Shown here piece by piece: positions 33,554-44,948 of a stretch of 64,000 nucleotides of DNA. This DNA comes from Histomonas meleagridis 2922-C6/04-290x (taxonomy: Eukaryota > Protista > Parabasalia): positions 62,001 through 126,000 of the forward strand of contig JAANOX010000191.1 in the NCBI GenBank assembly GCA_020184695.1, in the 5' to 3' direction. Position 1 is the first letter of the stretch. Each line of letters starts with the position of its first letter. Below the pieces are notes generated by a model. The model did no database searches and was not told the DNA's origin. It was given only the letters and a program-made list of their open reading frames with translations. Position numbers and translations under genes: made by a program.

Positions 33554-34501
33554 ATGACAACATTCAGGACATCTTTATGTAAAATCCCTGTTAATTTAGA
33601 TCAGCGTGTCTTCTTAGACGAGCTAAATTACATCAAAGAATTTCTTAAGAAAGACAAGATATTTTATACCTCATTTTTTGATACAATAACTTCTATTGAA
33701 CAATATTACAAAAGTACATCCCTAGCTCTCGAAAATGCATTTCCTAATTCCTCCAAGCTTCCCAGAGTTCCAGACCGCCCTGCCTTCAGAACCTTCGTCA
33801 AAAAAAGGAAGCAACATGCCAAAAAATTATTAGAGTTATCACAAAATTTTGCGAATTTAAGTCAAAACAGAATAGCACCTCTTCGAAAGGAATACTCTGA
33901 TGAATATAATAAATTGAAATCCGACTTAACAAGGCTCAAGAACATCGTCGCGCAATCGCTTCAGGACCTCTATCGTTCGCTCAACGGTTATAACAAGTAT
34001 TTCAGTGCTTTACAACAATCTCAAGGGGGAAATACACAGTCGATTGTCAAAGCCCTTTCCCAGCTTGATGACAAGCTTTATAGGGTCCAAAAGCAATATG
34101 TATTATTCCATTTGCAGTTTTTGGAGTATTGCGAAAAAAGAGATCCAGTATTTGCAGAAGTTGACTCATTCACAAAGAAGATCGCAGATGACCTCTACAA
34201 TCTAATGGTGGAAGCCGACAAAATAGATAACAGCTTTTTCAATGATGAGATTAATCGATCAAATCCATTAAATCCAACAACTGGGTTCATCGAAGGAGAT
34301 ATCTGGGATGAAAAAGAAGAAGAGCACACAGAAAAACCATTCAAGGTGAAGCTCACAAAAGAAATTGTTTATGAAGGTGAGACAAAAACAACTTTCATTA
34401 TATTCAATCTGTTAGATTCAAGAGGCGATTATTGGAAAATTGAAGACAGTTCAGGTAAAATAATTACTGTTCCTTGCAACTTATTATGCCCAACAAAGTA
34501 A
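33554..34501 (+). CDS. Coiled-coil (BAR/F-BAR-like) protein with a divergent C-terminal SH3-like domain
   Basis: Long amphipathic helices, then DYWKIEDSSGKIITVPCNLL resembling the SH3 W...G.VP motif. Confidence 0.5.
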   Translation: MTTFRTSLCKIPVNLDQRVFLDELNYIKEFLKKDKIFYTSFFDTITSIEQYYKSTSLALENAFPNSSKLPRVPDRPAFRTFVKKRKQHAKKLLELSQNFANLSQNRIAPLRKEYSDEYNKLKSDLTRLKNIVAQSLQDLYRSLNGYNKYFSALQQSQGGNTQSIVKALSQLDDKLYRVQKQYVLFHLQFLEYCEKRDPVFAEVDSFTKKIADDLYNLMVEADKIDNSFFNDEINRSNPLNPTTGFIEGDIWDEKEEEHTEKPFKVKLTKEIVYEGETKTTFIIFNLLDSRGDYWKIEDSSGKIITVPCNLLCPTK

Positions 34502-34834
34502 ACATTTCTCTCTTTTTCGTTTTTTGAGATGTTTCAATATAACGATGGCGATTTTCTGAGTTAAACGATATTTTAATATTGAATTTCCTATCGTTTTGAA
34601 TAGGTTAGGAATTAATGTTCCTTAACTAGCAAAAAAATTTCATATAAAAAATTGGTGTATGAACATAAAAGGTTAAATGCATGAAATTGATAGTTTTAGC
34701 TAAGTTATTTAAACTTTAGAAAAAACAAATTAGAAAATTTTGGTTAACAAAATACGTAAATAAACCATATTAAAAGAGTGGATGTATTCGTAATAATTAT
34801 AAAAATCAATAATTGTTTTAGTGGTAAAAACATT

Positions 34835-35218
34835 TTACTGAGATTGTTGCACTAGAAAAGAGCTTAAAGCTTCAAAGTTTTGATCAAGCCAATTGATCAT
34901 GTTTTCTTTTTGTCTTAAAACATTTCTTTCTAGTTTTACATTGATCCAAGAAGCTAGATTGATACAAACTTTTGTTAATTGTAATGTTGTAAAATTTTCT
35001 CCATAATATTGAGAAAGCAATACCATTGAGCGACTGTTTTCGTAGGGTGAACTTTTGGCTGGCTGAAGTAGTTTAAATGCTTCCATTCTTAAATCATCTC
35101 GAAGTTGCATTAACTTTTCATTTAATTCTTGAAAAGATTCTGGATGGCTTTGAAGAAATTGAATTAAGTATTCTGTTAGTTGTTGTAATTCTATATTTGC
35201 TGGGTTGTTTTCATTCAT
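34835..35218 (-). CDS. Small lineage-specific protein (LERNVLRQKENMINWLDQNF family)
   Basis: 127-aa ORF with coding-like composition; C-terminal motif resembles an expanded trichomonad hypothetical family (recall only). Confidence 0.55.
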   Translation of the reverse strand: MNENNPANIELQQLTEYLIQFLQSHPESFQELNEKLMQLRDDLRMEAFKLLQPAKSSPYENSRSMVLLSQYYGENFTTLQLTKVCINLASWINVKLERNVLRQKENMINWLDQNFEALSSFLVQQSQ

Positions 35219-35269
35219 TTTTTAAAAAATTAATGAATTTAAAAAGTGACAACAAAAACGTTATTTTGT

Positions 35270-36430
35270 ATGGATGAAATCTTAAATCCAAATCATCTCA
35301 AAGAACATATTAAAAATTATTCGAATCAAAATGATCATGATATAATTGATATGCGTCCAGCGTCTGGTATGATTGGTCAAGAATGTAATGGTTATATTCC
35401 AGATTCTTCAGGAAGATTAATTCGTGTATTATCAGAAAAGAAGACAGACGACTTCATAGGTCCAGGTTGCTATAACCCTGAAATTCCACATTCATCAAGG
35501 TCCATAAAAATTCCAAATAATCGGAAACGCGATTCCTTTATCAATGATCAACATACACCCAGCCCATGTAGTTATGTTCACACATCCAAATCCACCAAGA
35601 TTCCACATATGATTAAGACCAGTCCTCCTTATCCAGATTCACCAGCGCCTTTAGGTATCTCATTAGCCCATGAACCATGGGCCAAAACGCAAACCAGGCG
35701 ATTTCCTTATGAGCGTTTTCCACGAGCCAAGTATAAGAAAGAAGTATTTACACGACAATTTGAATCTAATTCCAAACGCGATGTATTCAGACAGCCTTAC
35801 CGTAGCCCTGGCCCTGCATCTCATTCATTACAGCCAGATCCCATTCAAAAATCCACTTCTAGTAATTCAGCATTTAAAAGCAAATCTGATCGATTCAAAG
35901 AATCTGACTCCAAAACTCCATCACCAGCAGAATATTATATTCCAGATGAGTTTGGGCATTCACAGACGAAAATTATCACTTCACCGCCAACATTGATTCT
36001 TAGGAAACCTAAAGAAGTATTTGAAACTCCATCACCTGGTGCATATACTCCAGACATTATACATGTGCCAAAAGGTAAACGAAATCGTGTTTTTATTAGT
36101 AAAGATGAAAGATTTACTGATGATAACTTTAAAACGCCATCACCAGATCAATATAATATTCAGTCAAATGATGCGCAAAACTCTTTGAGTATCCATAAAA
36201 GATGTAATAGATGTGGATATGAATGGAGTTATGTGCCTCAAAAGGAAACACCGGCTGTGGGCTCTTATAATATTAGAAATGAAAAAATTAAAGACGGATA
36301 CATATCAACAATAGGTCATGATCCTTACGAGAAAAAAGAAGATAGGCCAATGGCTTTTAGAACGAATCATAAGTCATTCATCAAAAAATCATATAATGCG
36401 AGATATATGAATGTAAACTTTTATAAATAA
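35270..36430 (+). CDS. SHIPPO/PGP-repeat (ODF3/STPG-like) axonemal protein
   Basis: Repeats GPGCYNP, PSPCSY, PGPASH, PSPAEYY, PSPGAYTP, PSPDQYNI, PAVGSYNI; first ATG at 35270. Confidence 0.75.
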   Translation: MDEILNPNHLKEHIKNYSNQNDHDIIDMRPASGMIGQECNGYIPDSSGRLIRVLSEKKTDDFIGPGCYNPEIPHSSRSIKIPNNRKRDSFINDQHTPSPCSYVHTSKSTKIPHMIKTSPPYPDSPAPLGISLAHEPWAKTQTRRFPYERFPRAKYKKEVFTRQFESNSKRDVFRQPYRSPGPASHSLQPDPIQKSTSSNSAFKSKSDRFKESDSKTPSPAEYYIPDEFGHSQTKIITSPPTLILRKPKEVFETPSPGAYTPDIIHVPKGKRNRVFISKDERFTDDNFKTPSPDQYNIQSNDAQNSLSIHKRCNRCGYEWSYVPQKETPAVGSYNIRNEKIKDGYISTIGHDPYEKKEDRPMAFRTNHKSFIKKSYNARYMNVNFYK

Positions 36431-36701
36431 ATATATTGTGTTTTTGTATAATTTTTAATATTACAATTTTAAAAACTTTTCTAAATCATGAAAATTATAA
36501 TTTTAAAATGAATTTTTTAAGCTTTAGTAAATATTTGATATAAAAATAGGGAACGAAAAATTTTATGTAAAAAGAATAAAAAGCCTTTCATTAAGAAGAA
36601 AATCATGTCAAAATAAGCACTTTAATTATTAAAACGATTTGCTTTCAGAGCAGGCGGCAAAAAACGTTAACTTTATTGATGTAAACTATTTAATTTATCA
36701 A

Positions 36702-37739
36702 ATGACCCAAGGAAGAGCTGTCCAAAGAGATAATCCTGTATATGCATTAGAAACTGTTTCTCCTGTTTACGCTGACGTCTGCGAAAAGCGGGGGCCAAGT
36801 TATTACGATGTAACCAATTGGAAACTTCCAGCTAATCCAATTGGTTCATATGAAATCATTAATTGGCTTGGTTCTGGAAAGTACAGCGATGTTTTTACTG
36901 CATACAGAGATCATACCCATAAAGAAATCGTTGCAATCAAAGTATTAAAACCTGTACGTCAACAAAAGTATAATCAAGAAGCCAAGATTTTACTTAATCT
37001 CAAAGGAGGGCCCAATATAGTAGAGTTGATTGAAATCGTTCAAAATCCACGAACCCTTCAATACAGTCTTGTATTTGAATACATTCCAGAAGAAAAAGAT
37101 TACAGTATCTTCCAAAACTTCAGCTCCATGGATGCGAGGTTTTATCTTTTCCAATTAATGCGAGCTTTACAATATGCACATTCCAATGGAATTATTCACC
37201 GTGATGTGAAACCATTGAATATTTTGTATGACCGCAAAGAAAAAAAATTGAGACTAATTGACTGGGGTTTAGCCGAATTTTACCGCCCCTTAAACAGGTA
37301 TAATATTCATGTAGCATCAAGAAATTATAAGCCAATAGAGCTATTAGTGGATTACCAAGTGTATGATTACTCTTTGGATATATGGAGTTTCGGAGTAACA
37401 ATGGCAGGAATTATTTTTAAACAACATCCATTCTTTAAGGGTTCTACAGACATGGATATGATTTGTAAAATTGCTTCCGTTTTAGGAATTGATGCTTTCA
37501 AGGCTTACTTAACTAAATATGGTATTCCTTATCCAAAAGTTATGAAAGATGCAATTGCAAGAAGAAAACCAAGACCATGGACATGCTTCATTAATGCTGA
37601 CAATATGAAGTTAGCGACTGATGATGCATTAGATCTGATTGATAAATGTATTAGATATGATCATCAAGAAAGAATCACAGCTGATGAAGCCTTAAAACAT
37701 CCATATTTCGATCCTGTTCGTAATATGCCAGCTAATTAA
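36702..37739 (+). CDS. Casein kinase II alpha-like kinase
   Basis: VYADV, LGSGKYSDVF, GGPNIVEL, HRDVKPLNI, IDWGLAEFY, YDYSLDIWS; first ATG at 36702. Confidence 0.9.
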   Translation: MTQGRAVQRDNPVYALETVSPVYADVCEKRGPSYYDVTNWKLPANPIGSYEIINWLGSGKYSDVFTAYRDHTHKEIVAIKVLKPVRQQKYNQEAKILLNLKGGPNIVELIEIVQNPRTLQYSLVFEYIPEEKDYSIFQNFSSMDARFYLFQLMRALQYAHSNGIIHRDVKPLNILYDRKEKKLRLIDWGLAEFYRPLNRYNIHVASRNYKPIELLVDYQVYDYSLDIWSFGVTMAGIIFKQHPFFKGSTDMDMICKIASVLGIDAFKAYLTKYGIPYPKVMKDAIARRKPRPWTCFINADNMKLATDDALDLIDKCIRYDHQERITADEALKHPYFDPVRNMPAN

Positions 37740-37897
37740 CATGCAAATAATCAATTTCACAAAGCACTCTTTTCGGAGCTGTCTTTAATAAATTATCATC
37801 CTGGTACAATTTTATCTCTTTTATTCGGCTTTAAGCTTTTTAAAAATTGAAATTATCACATTTTTCAAAATCAAAAAAAAGAATAATTGCATTATAT

Positions 37898-38593
37898 TTA
37901 TGCAATATTATCATAATTAGTTTGCGGGATTGGTTCTGGAACAGAATTATAGTCTGCTGCAATATCAACGCGATCATTCTTTGTGATGAAATATGCAATA
38001 ACAAAGAATATAATAGCGTTAAGTATCCAAACAGCAATAGAGTAGACAAAGCCTTCACTGTAGACATCCAAAGTTGATATATCAGGGTAAGGACTTCGAG
38101 ATGAAAAAGCAATCATCATTGAAACAAGTAACGCTTGGATGAGGTTGACTGAAATGTAAAGAAGCCTCTCTTGGGATACATCAATTTTAGCAGAATCAAG
38201 AACATCTCGAATGATGAAACCTGTTAAAAATACCCATGCAATGCTTAAAACAGAAGAAAGAGCAATACTAGGAATTGTATAAACGACTGTTCTGTCAAGG
38301 ATTGATGCGGTATTATGGAATCGAGTTGGTATTGAAATGACGATTATGCCACCTACAATGGCAAAAACTGCAGTAAAAATGAATTCCCATTTTTTCTTAC
38401 TGTCTTCGTTGTGATAAAATGCAAAGAATAAAAGAAGTCCTGCAATGATAAGAAAAGCGATAAGAACGATAATTCCATATACCTTACCGCTGCTTGCGAA
38501 AAATATGGAAAGGAATAAAGAATCAAGAAGACTTGTGAGGAATGCTAAAACAGATAGAACTATACCTGTTTTGACGAAGGAAGACAACGACAT
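37898..38593 (-). CDS. Multi-pass membrane protein of unknown function
   Basis: About six hydrophobic helices; first ATG at 38593. Confidence 0.7.
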   Translation of the reverse strand: MSLSSFVKTGIVLSVLAFLTSLLDSLFLSIFFASSGKVYGIIVLIAFLIIAGLLLFFAFYHNEDSKKKWEFIFTAVFAIVGGIIVISIPTRFHNTASILDRTVVYTIPSIALSSVLSIAWVFLTGFIIRDVLDSAKIDVSQERLLYISVNLIQALLVSMMIAFSSRSPYPDISTLDVYSEGFVYSIAVWILNAIIFFVIAYFITKNDRVDIAADYNSVPEPIPQTNYDNIA

Positions 38594-38802
38594 TTGTTTT
38601 AACACAAACCGTTGAAAAAGTTACAATTGGACAGTTCGGCTTTGATAGAAAAAGCAGACCCATTGATCGTTTAGGCAGAATTTTTTTTCTTCAAATCTTT
38701 TTGTCAATATTCATATGTACAAAAAAAATCCAGAACTAAACGATAATTTAACATTTAAAAAGTTACATCTAAGCCAATTGTTTTAAAACAATTCTAATTA
38801 GA

Positions 38803-40098
38803 ATGATTTTCTTTATTTTGTCTTTTTTCAAGACAAATGAGGATTTTAATCTTATCCCACCTCACTACGAAACAGCATCAAATGCATATGGTAATTGGAC
38901 ATTAACAGGAAGAGCAATTAATCTTAAAAAAAGTATTCGTTTAACTTCAAATCTTCCAGATCAAGAAGGAACAATATGTTCTTTAATTCCGACAATGTTT
39001 CAAGATTGGTCAATTGAAGTTGAATTAGCAGCATATGGAGGAGAAGTTGGCGGAAGCTTTATTGCATTCTTTTTTTCTCAATCATTCTGCTTAGAAGATC
39101 AAGACAATCTAGACGGTGTAGCCATTCTGATAAATACTGGTAAAACTGATGCTACTGGATATTCTCCTGTTCACATTGTAAATGATCTCAACATTGAAAA
39201 ATTTGAAAATATTGAACCATCCGGAAAGGTTCAAATTCGTAGTGACTCATACTTCCCAAGAATACTTAAATTTACACGAATGGGACAATCTTTTAGAATT
39301 GAATCTATTATTAAAGATGATGAATATCAAGTGTTAGAGACTAAAGAAATCAACATTCCTGATCGCGTTTATTTTACCATCGCAGCATTTACATCTGATA
39401 CTAACACTGATATCCATGATATAATTTCGATTCGATTAATACAATTATCCGAAACCACAGATTCACCAGATTCAAAAATTGACTATGCTGACAAAAATCT
39501 TGTTGCCCTCGAAAAATCAAAATTCATCAGGAAAGAAATGAAAGAAAAAAGAAGAGAAAAACTGCCAACGGTTAAATCAATCATTGAAAAAATGGGAAAC
39601 AGCACAGAATTAAACGGTCAAATGACCGATGAAGAATTCAAAAAGTCGTTTGCCCTTATTGACGAACTTATTAACAGATCCAGTACAACAATTTCATTCG
39701 ACGATTTTGCAACATACTTTGAAACATATGTGAAGGAAGTTATTCGCGTTTCACAAAATAAACTTAAACATTCAGCTGACCAATTAGATGAGGTCAGTAA
39801 AGAGATTACAGGACTTTGGGATTACCTTAAAACAAAAATGTTGGACCTGAACTCAGAAGCCTTTGAATCCAAGAAATGGCTTGAAAGAGAACTGATTACT
39901 GAAATCACAAAGATGAGATCACAAAAAGGTGATTTCGATATGAACTTGGTCAAGAAAGGCTTGAAGATGGAGGCAGAAGTCGATGATTCTTTGATTCCTC
40001 TAATTCTTTTAGTAATTTGTTGTATTGAATTTGTTTGTTATTTAATTTTCTTCTTCATTCGTCGAAGCCAAACAAAGCGTTTCAAGAAGGCTGACTAA
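38803..40098 (+). CDS. L-type lectin cargo receptor (ERGIC-53/VIP36/Emp47-like)
   Basis: Signal peptide, NWTLTG...IRLTSNLPDQEG lectin domain, coiled coil, TM helix, C-terminal KRFKKAD dilysine signal. Confidence 0.8.
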   Translation: MIFFILSFFKTNEDFNLIPPHYETASNAYGNWTLTGRAINLKKSIRLTSNLPDQEGTICSLIPTMFQDWSIEVELAAYGGEVGGSFIAFFFSQSFCLEDQDNLDGVAILINTGKTDATGYSPVHIVNDLNIEKFENIEPSGKVQIRSDSYFPRILKFTRMGQSFRIESIIKDDEYQVLETKEINIPDRVYFTIAAFTSDTNTDIHDIISIRLIQLSETTDSPDSKIDYADKNLVALEKSKFIRKEMKEKRREKLPTVKSIIEKMGNSTELNGQMTDEEFKKSFALIDELINRSSTTISFDDFATYFETYVKEVIRVSQNKLKHSADQLDEVSKEITGLWDYLKTKMLDLNSEAFESKKWLERELITEITKMRSQKGDFDMNLVKKGLKMEAEVDDSLIPLILLVICCIEFVCYLIFFFIRRSQTKRFKKAD

Positions 40099-40312
40099 GA
40101 TGGACAAAAATTTAGTCATGGTTTTAAAAATGAATTAATTTATATTACGGTCGGATAATCTAAAAACATGAATAAACAGACACTTTTGAAAATTTTTAGC
40201 ATTCTGAACTTAAGTATATTTCTTTAAGTGATTTTCATTTAATGAATTCATCTGAGAGAAGAAAATTTTCTTAAATTGCACTTTTAAATAAACAAAACAA
40301 AATGAAAATAAT

Positions 40313-41611
40313 TTATGAATTATAATGTTGTACAATAGGAGTAATTGATTCTGTTCCATCAGGCGATTGCAACAACAGCGGCGTTGTTGGCGGATTCAAA
40401 TCCTGTGCCTCTGCTTCGATATCATTCAACTGTATGCTATCGCCCTGTTCTTCTTCGTCGTTAATTTTTGTATATTTTGCAGCGTAATTCACTTCTCCCT
40501 GCAATCTAAACAAAATGCCCAACGCCAATAGTACTGCGTATTCCACAACGCATTTGCCAAGTTCATATAACCAATCATCACCATTCATAACATACATAGT
40601 GATCACAATGGATACGCCAATCATTCCGAACAACAAAACAATTTGTATGTAATGAAATAGTTTCTGCTTAAGGAAAATGGAAAGGTTTTCTTGGACAATA
40701 CTTGTGTTAGATAATGTCAATAGTAATGCATCGACTTGTTGTGATGTGTTTCGTATGTTTTTATAAAGTTCTCGACATAATGCTACAAGTGAAATAACAA
40801 ACATAAGGAAAAGAGGAAGAAATAGGCGAGGCTCATTAGAGTATATGAACCACGTGGAAAATGTTGTGAAAGAAAAAGTGATAAGAAGATACCATAGAAC
40901 AGTACGTAATGATAAAGTGTTGGAAACTATACAGAATCCTTTGGTGGAGAATAAAAGAAATAAAAGAAAACTGGAAATGAGAAAATATTGAGAAATAATA
41001 CGAGAAATGGTTAAACTATCGGCTTCATCTGATTGTGAGAGAGTTCGAAGTTCTTGATATCTAAGGACATGTGAAATAAAAGCAATTACAAAAGTAAGAG
41101 TTAATTGATAATGTAAAATAATTTTGATCTTGAAATATCGGATCCAGTTGTAGACCCAGATAAGAATGGAAATAATAAATATGATGAAAAATACCATTTG
41201 GACTGTGATCGAGTTAACTTGTCGAATGTCAAGATAAGTTTTGGGATTTCGATAACGAATTGAGACGGTTTGATCAATTGGTCCAACTTGCGAAGATGGA
41301 CATCGTACAACATATGGATAAATGACAGTTCTTTTTGAGACAACTCCACTGATTGTTTCATTACTTATATCAATATATGTATAATATTGAGAAATTGAGC
41401 ACTCAAAAGTGTGAAGAACTAGCGATCTATGTACCTTTCCAACATTATCTGAATCAACAAGAACAAGAGATGTATTTACAGATGAAACAGTAAAATCGTA
41501 TGAATAAGTTCCATTTACATCAAAACCAAAGCTTGGTAATGATACAAAATTGCTCTTGGTATACATTTTATATTTTTGGCTGAATAAAAAGCAAAAAAGA
41601 AGAGAAAGCAT
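40313..41611 (-). CDS. GOST/lung-7TM family protein (GPR107/108/TMEM87-like)
   Basis: Signal peptide, luminal domain ending YRNPKTYL, seven hydrophobic segments, acidic tail. Confidence 0.7.
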   Translation of the reverse strand: MLSLLFCFLFSQKYKMYTKSNFVSLPSFGFDVNGTYSYDFTVSSVNTSLVLVDSDNVGKVHRSLVLHTFECSISQYYTYIDISNETISGVVSKRTVIYPYVVRCPSSQVGPIDQTVSIRYRNPKTYLDIRQVNSITVQMVFFIIFIISILIWVYNWIRYFKIKIILHYQLTLTFVIAFISHVLRYQELRTLSQSDEADSLTISRIISQYFLISSFLLFLLFSTKGFCIVSNTLSLRTVLWYLLITFSFTTFSTWFIYSNEPRLFLPLFLMFVISLVALCRELYKNIRNTSQQVDALLLTLSNTSIVQENLSIFLKQKLFHYIQIVLLFGMIGVSIVITMYVMNGDDWLYELGKCVVEYAVLLALGILFRLQGEVNYAAKYTKINDEEEQGDSIQLNDIEAEAQDLNPPTTPLLLQSPDGTESITPIVQHYNS

Positions 41612-42287
41612 TTGAGCTCTCTCAGAAAAAGTGGATTTAGGTAAAAAAACGGCCGATGTGATCTGCCAGATTTTGTTGATGAGGCCTCATCTTTGATGTA
41701 AAATATAACCATGCTTTAGCTTTATCAGTAGCTTTTTTTATAATTTATGTCGTTTTTAAAATTTTTTCTAGTAACTAATGTTTTGATTTCATAAACAAAC
41801 AAACAAAAAAAAAAAAAAATATTAAAAAGCAGGTGCTACTATTTCATAATAAAACTCATTATAATCTTATGCTAATAATTTCCATATATATTTGATATAA
41901 ATAATAAATGATTTTTTTTTTCACGATAAAAACTTCAAATATAATTTGAAATAAAGAGATTTTCATTTGTGATTAAATATTAATATAGAAATTATTCAAT
42001 AAAAAAAAATTCATTACATAATCACAAAATGATTGAAGGGAAAATGTTGTGCTAATAATAATTATTGGTAGTTAAAAGTATTCCTAATAATTTGGCTTCA
42101 TTAATATAGATAAAAAATCATTTTGGGAAAAGATGTGATGAAGCTTTGAAGTGTCAAAAAAAAATATCTCTCAAAAAGATAAACTTAAGAAAAGTTGGCG
42201 TTTTCAATTGTAACAATTTTGAGGGTTGAAGTCCGTTAATCCATTTAAATAGTTTACAGGTACTATTGTTGTCAAGTTATCCACGAT

Positions 42288-44948
42288 ATGGAGGGAAGCA
42301 CAACTCTTGGTCAGGAATATTCAATGAACTTAATTAAAGACGCCACAATTCAAGAATCAGATGGCAATAACTTCCCAGTGTATATTGATTCTTCCCAAAA
42401 TGCGTACGACAAATATTACAATAAAATCGAAAAGTTAAACGTAAATTCAGACAAATTTTACACTGACGCGATTACTCATCAGAAAGTCCCTGCTGTTTAT
42501 AATATCAACGATGAAACAGATTTAGAATTTCCAAATCCGGAAAATTATTTTTCAAAGGAAGATTATTCTAATGCAGTAGACAAATGGTATGATCGCGCCC
42601 GTTCCCATTACTCCACGTTAAGACTTCCTTTTCCTGTTTCAGGTCAATTTTATCTTCCTCAAATGCCAAAGATATGGAGCAAAGAAGAAGCCAAGCTCCC
42701 GTTGAGCGGCAGGTTTAAGACGTTCAAAGTTGACACCTGGAATTTGTTACCAACCAATTATAATGAAATGGTTAAACTTCTATTTCTTAAACAACCGATT
42801 GATCCCGAAGGCCAATTCCCAGAACAAGTTCCTCATCGTCCAGCAATTCTTTATAAGCATCATATATCATCAGAATCACAATGGCAATCACAAATGATTC
42901 CACAAGAACCAGAAGCGATAACATTTGATTCATTTGAAGAGTATGAGCAAACCTTTGTTCGATGGGCAAGCCTTGCGTCTTCCTTTATCCACAATCCTCT
43001 TATCCCGCCGAATCAATTCGAGAACATTGCATCATTGGACATCATTCCCAAAGAGGAAAAAGTGCCACTCAAATCTCCACTTTTACAGTTTGAGCCCGTT
43101 AATCTCGATGAATGGAAGAAGGCTCCGATTTCATCAGATTTCAAGAAATCGTTTGATAACATTAAGAAACGTAAATCGCATCATTCTCGTCATACTAAAA
43201 CACGACGTAGTTCACGAGTCAAAGTCGAAAAAGTTAATCCATTTATTGAAGAATTTTCACAATATGGATATATTCTTGAACATATTAATTCATCAGCACC
43301 AATATGTATGCCACTTAATAACATTAAAATTAAGATCGAACGTAGCGTCAAAATTGATTTCGAACAAGAAAATGATGTTAATGATGAATTTATTCGCACA
43401 TTTTTACAATTCAGTTATTCCCTTGAACAAATTGTTGAATCGATGAAACAAAAGATGGGAAATGGATTAACATTTATGGAGAACTTTGAGAAATATATTA
43501 GTGATACATCTAAGATCAAATATATTTTAGGAATGAGGAATTATGTTGAACAAAAATATGAACGACGTGTATCACTTTTATTCCGTGGATTTATAGCATC
43601 ATATCATGAAACAAAATTATTTTATACATTTATATCACAACATGGATCGACCACTTTATTTTATGATTTTGTTAAATGTTTATTATCGACAATACGATCT
43701 GACTTTGTGTTATATCGTGCAGAAAATGAAAGTACATTTGGACAACAAATCAATTTCTATTATTTGTTAAATATATTTAATGATTTAATTGTCAAATGTC
43801 AAAATGCAAATCTTTCATTTGATGTCGTTCAAATATTACATACTTTAACATTTGATATATTACGCCAACTGAAAGATGAAAAATTATTAAATACAATTCG
43901 TAAGAAAGAAACTACGATGTTATTAATGTTATTACAATGTGATTCATTACAAATACATCAAATAATACTTGGTACGAATTATATTAAATGGATAAATAAA
44001 ATCTCAAAACAAAATCCAATTGTAGTTCAAACAATAATACATGGTAATGCTTTAGTTACTGCATCCAAAATCTTTTTAGAATATTGTATAAGTTTAATGA
44101 AACCAAAAATATTAAAAGATGCAACATTATCAACTTATTATTTACTTGTGTCAATTAATCATTATATTATTAAAAGATGTAAACGACTTAAATTGCCAAT
44201 TGATGCTAAAGAATTATTGAAAGTTTTAGAACTAACAGCATTAAATGAGAACAAAAACGTTGTGTCAACATCAGAATCTATAGCTTCAATATTAACACTC
44301 ACTGATTTCATTAAAGATTATAAAGAGAGCACTTTTCAGACGTTATTAGTGAAAACAGTCGCTGCAGTATGTCAAGGATTAAAAGCAGAAGATTCGATCA
44401 TATATCATGAACAAATTAAAGCATTAGAACAATTGTCTAAAGATAAGACATGTTGTTTAACAATGTCACAAATTAAACCATTCATGGAAAGTGTCGCATC
44501 ACATTTCTTGGATTCAAATCCAAATATTTCACAAAAAAGTTGGAATTTCTTTTTACAACTTACATCAAATCATAATGTATTATTGGATGCAATTAAAATC
44601 CCAAATGTTAAAACAATAATGACTTCGATAGCTAACAAAGATCATATAACTTCTCTTAAGAATTTACTTTCGTTTTCCATTGAAATATTCCAAAGTAAAG
44701 ATGGTAACGAACTGAAGAAACAAATCATCGAAATCTTATTACCTTCGATAGGTAAGCTTGTGACAATGTATAAGATGAGAAATTCGATCTATAAAAATAA
44801 TACGCAAATGAAAGATTTGCTTCAAGAATTCATTACAACTGCACGAAAATTAAAGAAAGACGAGTTCAGTGAATTCCAAAATGCTTTATCAAAGCATTTA
44901 GGTGATGAAAAATCATCGAGATCACTTATCAAAACATTTACAAAATAA
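42288..44948 (+). CDS. Uncharacterised protein with a Pro-rich N-half and ARM/HEAT-like C-half
   Basis: 886-aa ORF with coding-like composition; no family recognised. Confidence 0.6.
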   Translation: MEGSTTLGQEYSMNLIKDATIQESDGNNFPVYIDSSQNAYDKYYNKIEKLNVNSDKFYTDAITHQKVPAVYNINDETDLEFPNPENYFSKEDYSNAVDKWYDRARSHYSTLRLPFPVSGQFYLPQMPKIWSKEEAKLPLSGRFKTFKVDTWNLLPTNYNEMVKLLFLKQPIDPEGQFPEQVPHRPAILYKHHISSESQWQSQMIPQEPEAITFDSFEEYEQTFVRWASLASSFIHNPLIPPNQFENIASLDIIPKEEKVPLKSPLLQFEPVNLDEWKKAPISSDFKKSFDNIKKRKSHHSRHTKTRRSSRVKVEKVNPFIEEFSQYGYILEHINSSAPICMPLNNIKIKIERSVKIDFEQENDVNDEFIRTFLQFSYSLEQIVESMKQKMGNGLTFMENFEKYISDTSKIKYILGMRNYVEQKYERRVSLLFRGFIASYHETKLFYTFISQHGSTTLFYDFVKCLLSTIRSDFVLYRAENESTFGQQINFYYLLNIFNDLIVKCQNANLSFDVVQILHTLTFDILRQLKDEKLLNTIRKKETTMLLMLLQCDSLQIHQIILGTNYIKWINKISKQNPIVVQTIIHGNALVTASKIFLEYCISLMKPKILKDATLSTYYLLVSINHYIIKRCKRLKLPIDAKELLKVLELTALNENKNVVSTSESIASILTLTDFIKDYKESTFQTLLVKTVAAVCQGLKAEDSIIYHEQIKALEQLSKDKTCCLTMSQIKPFMESVASHFLDSNPNISQKSWNFFLQLTSNHNVLLDAIKIPNVKTIMTSIANKDHITSLKNLLSFSIEIFQSKDGNELKKQIIEILLPSIGKLVTMYKMRNSIYKNNTQMKDLLQEFITTARKLKKDEFSEFQNALSKHLGDEKSSRSLIKTFTK

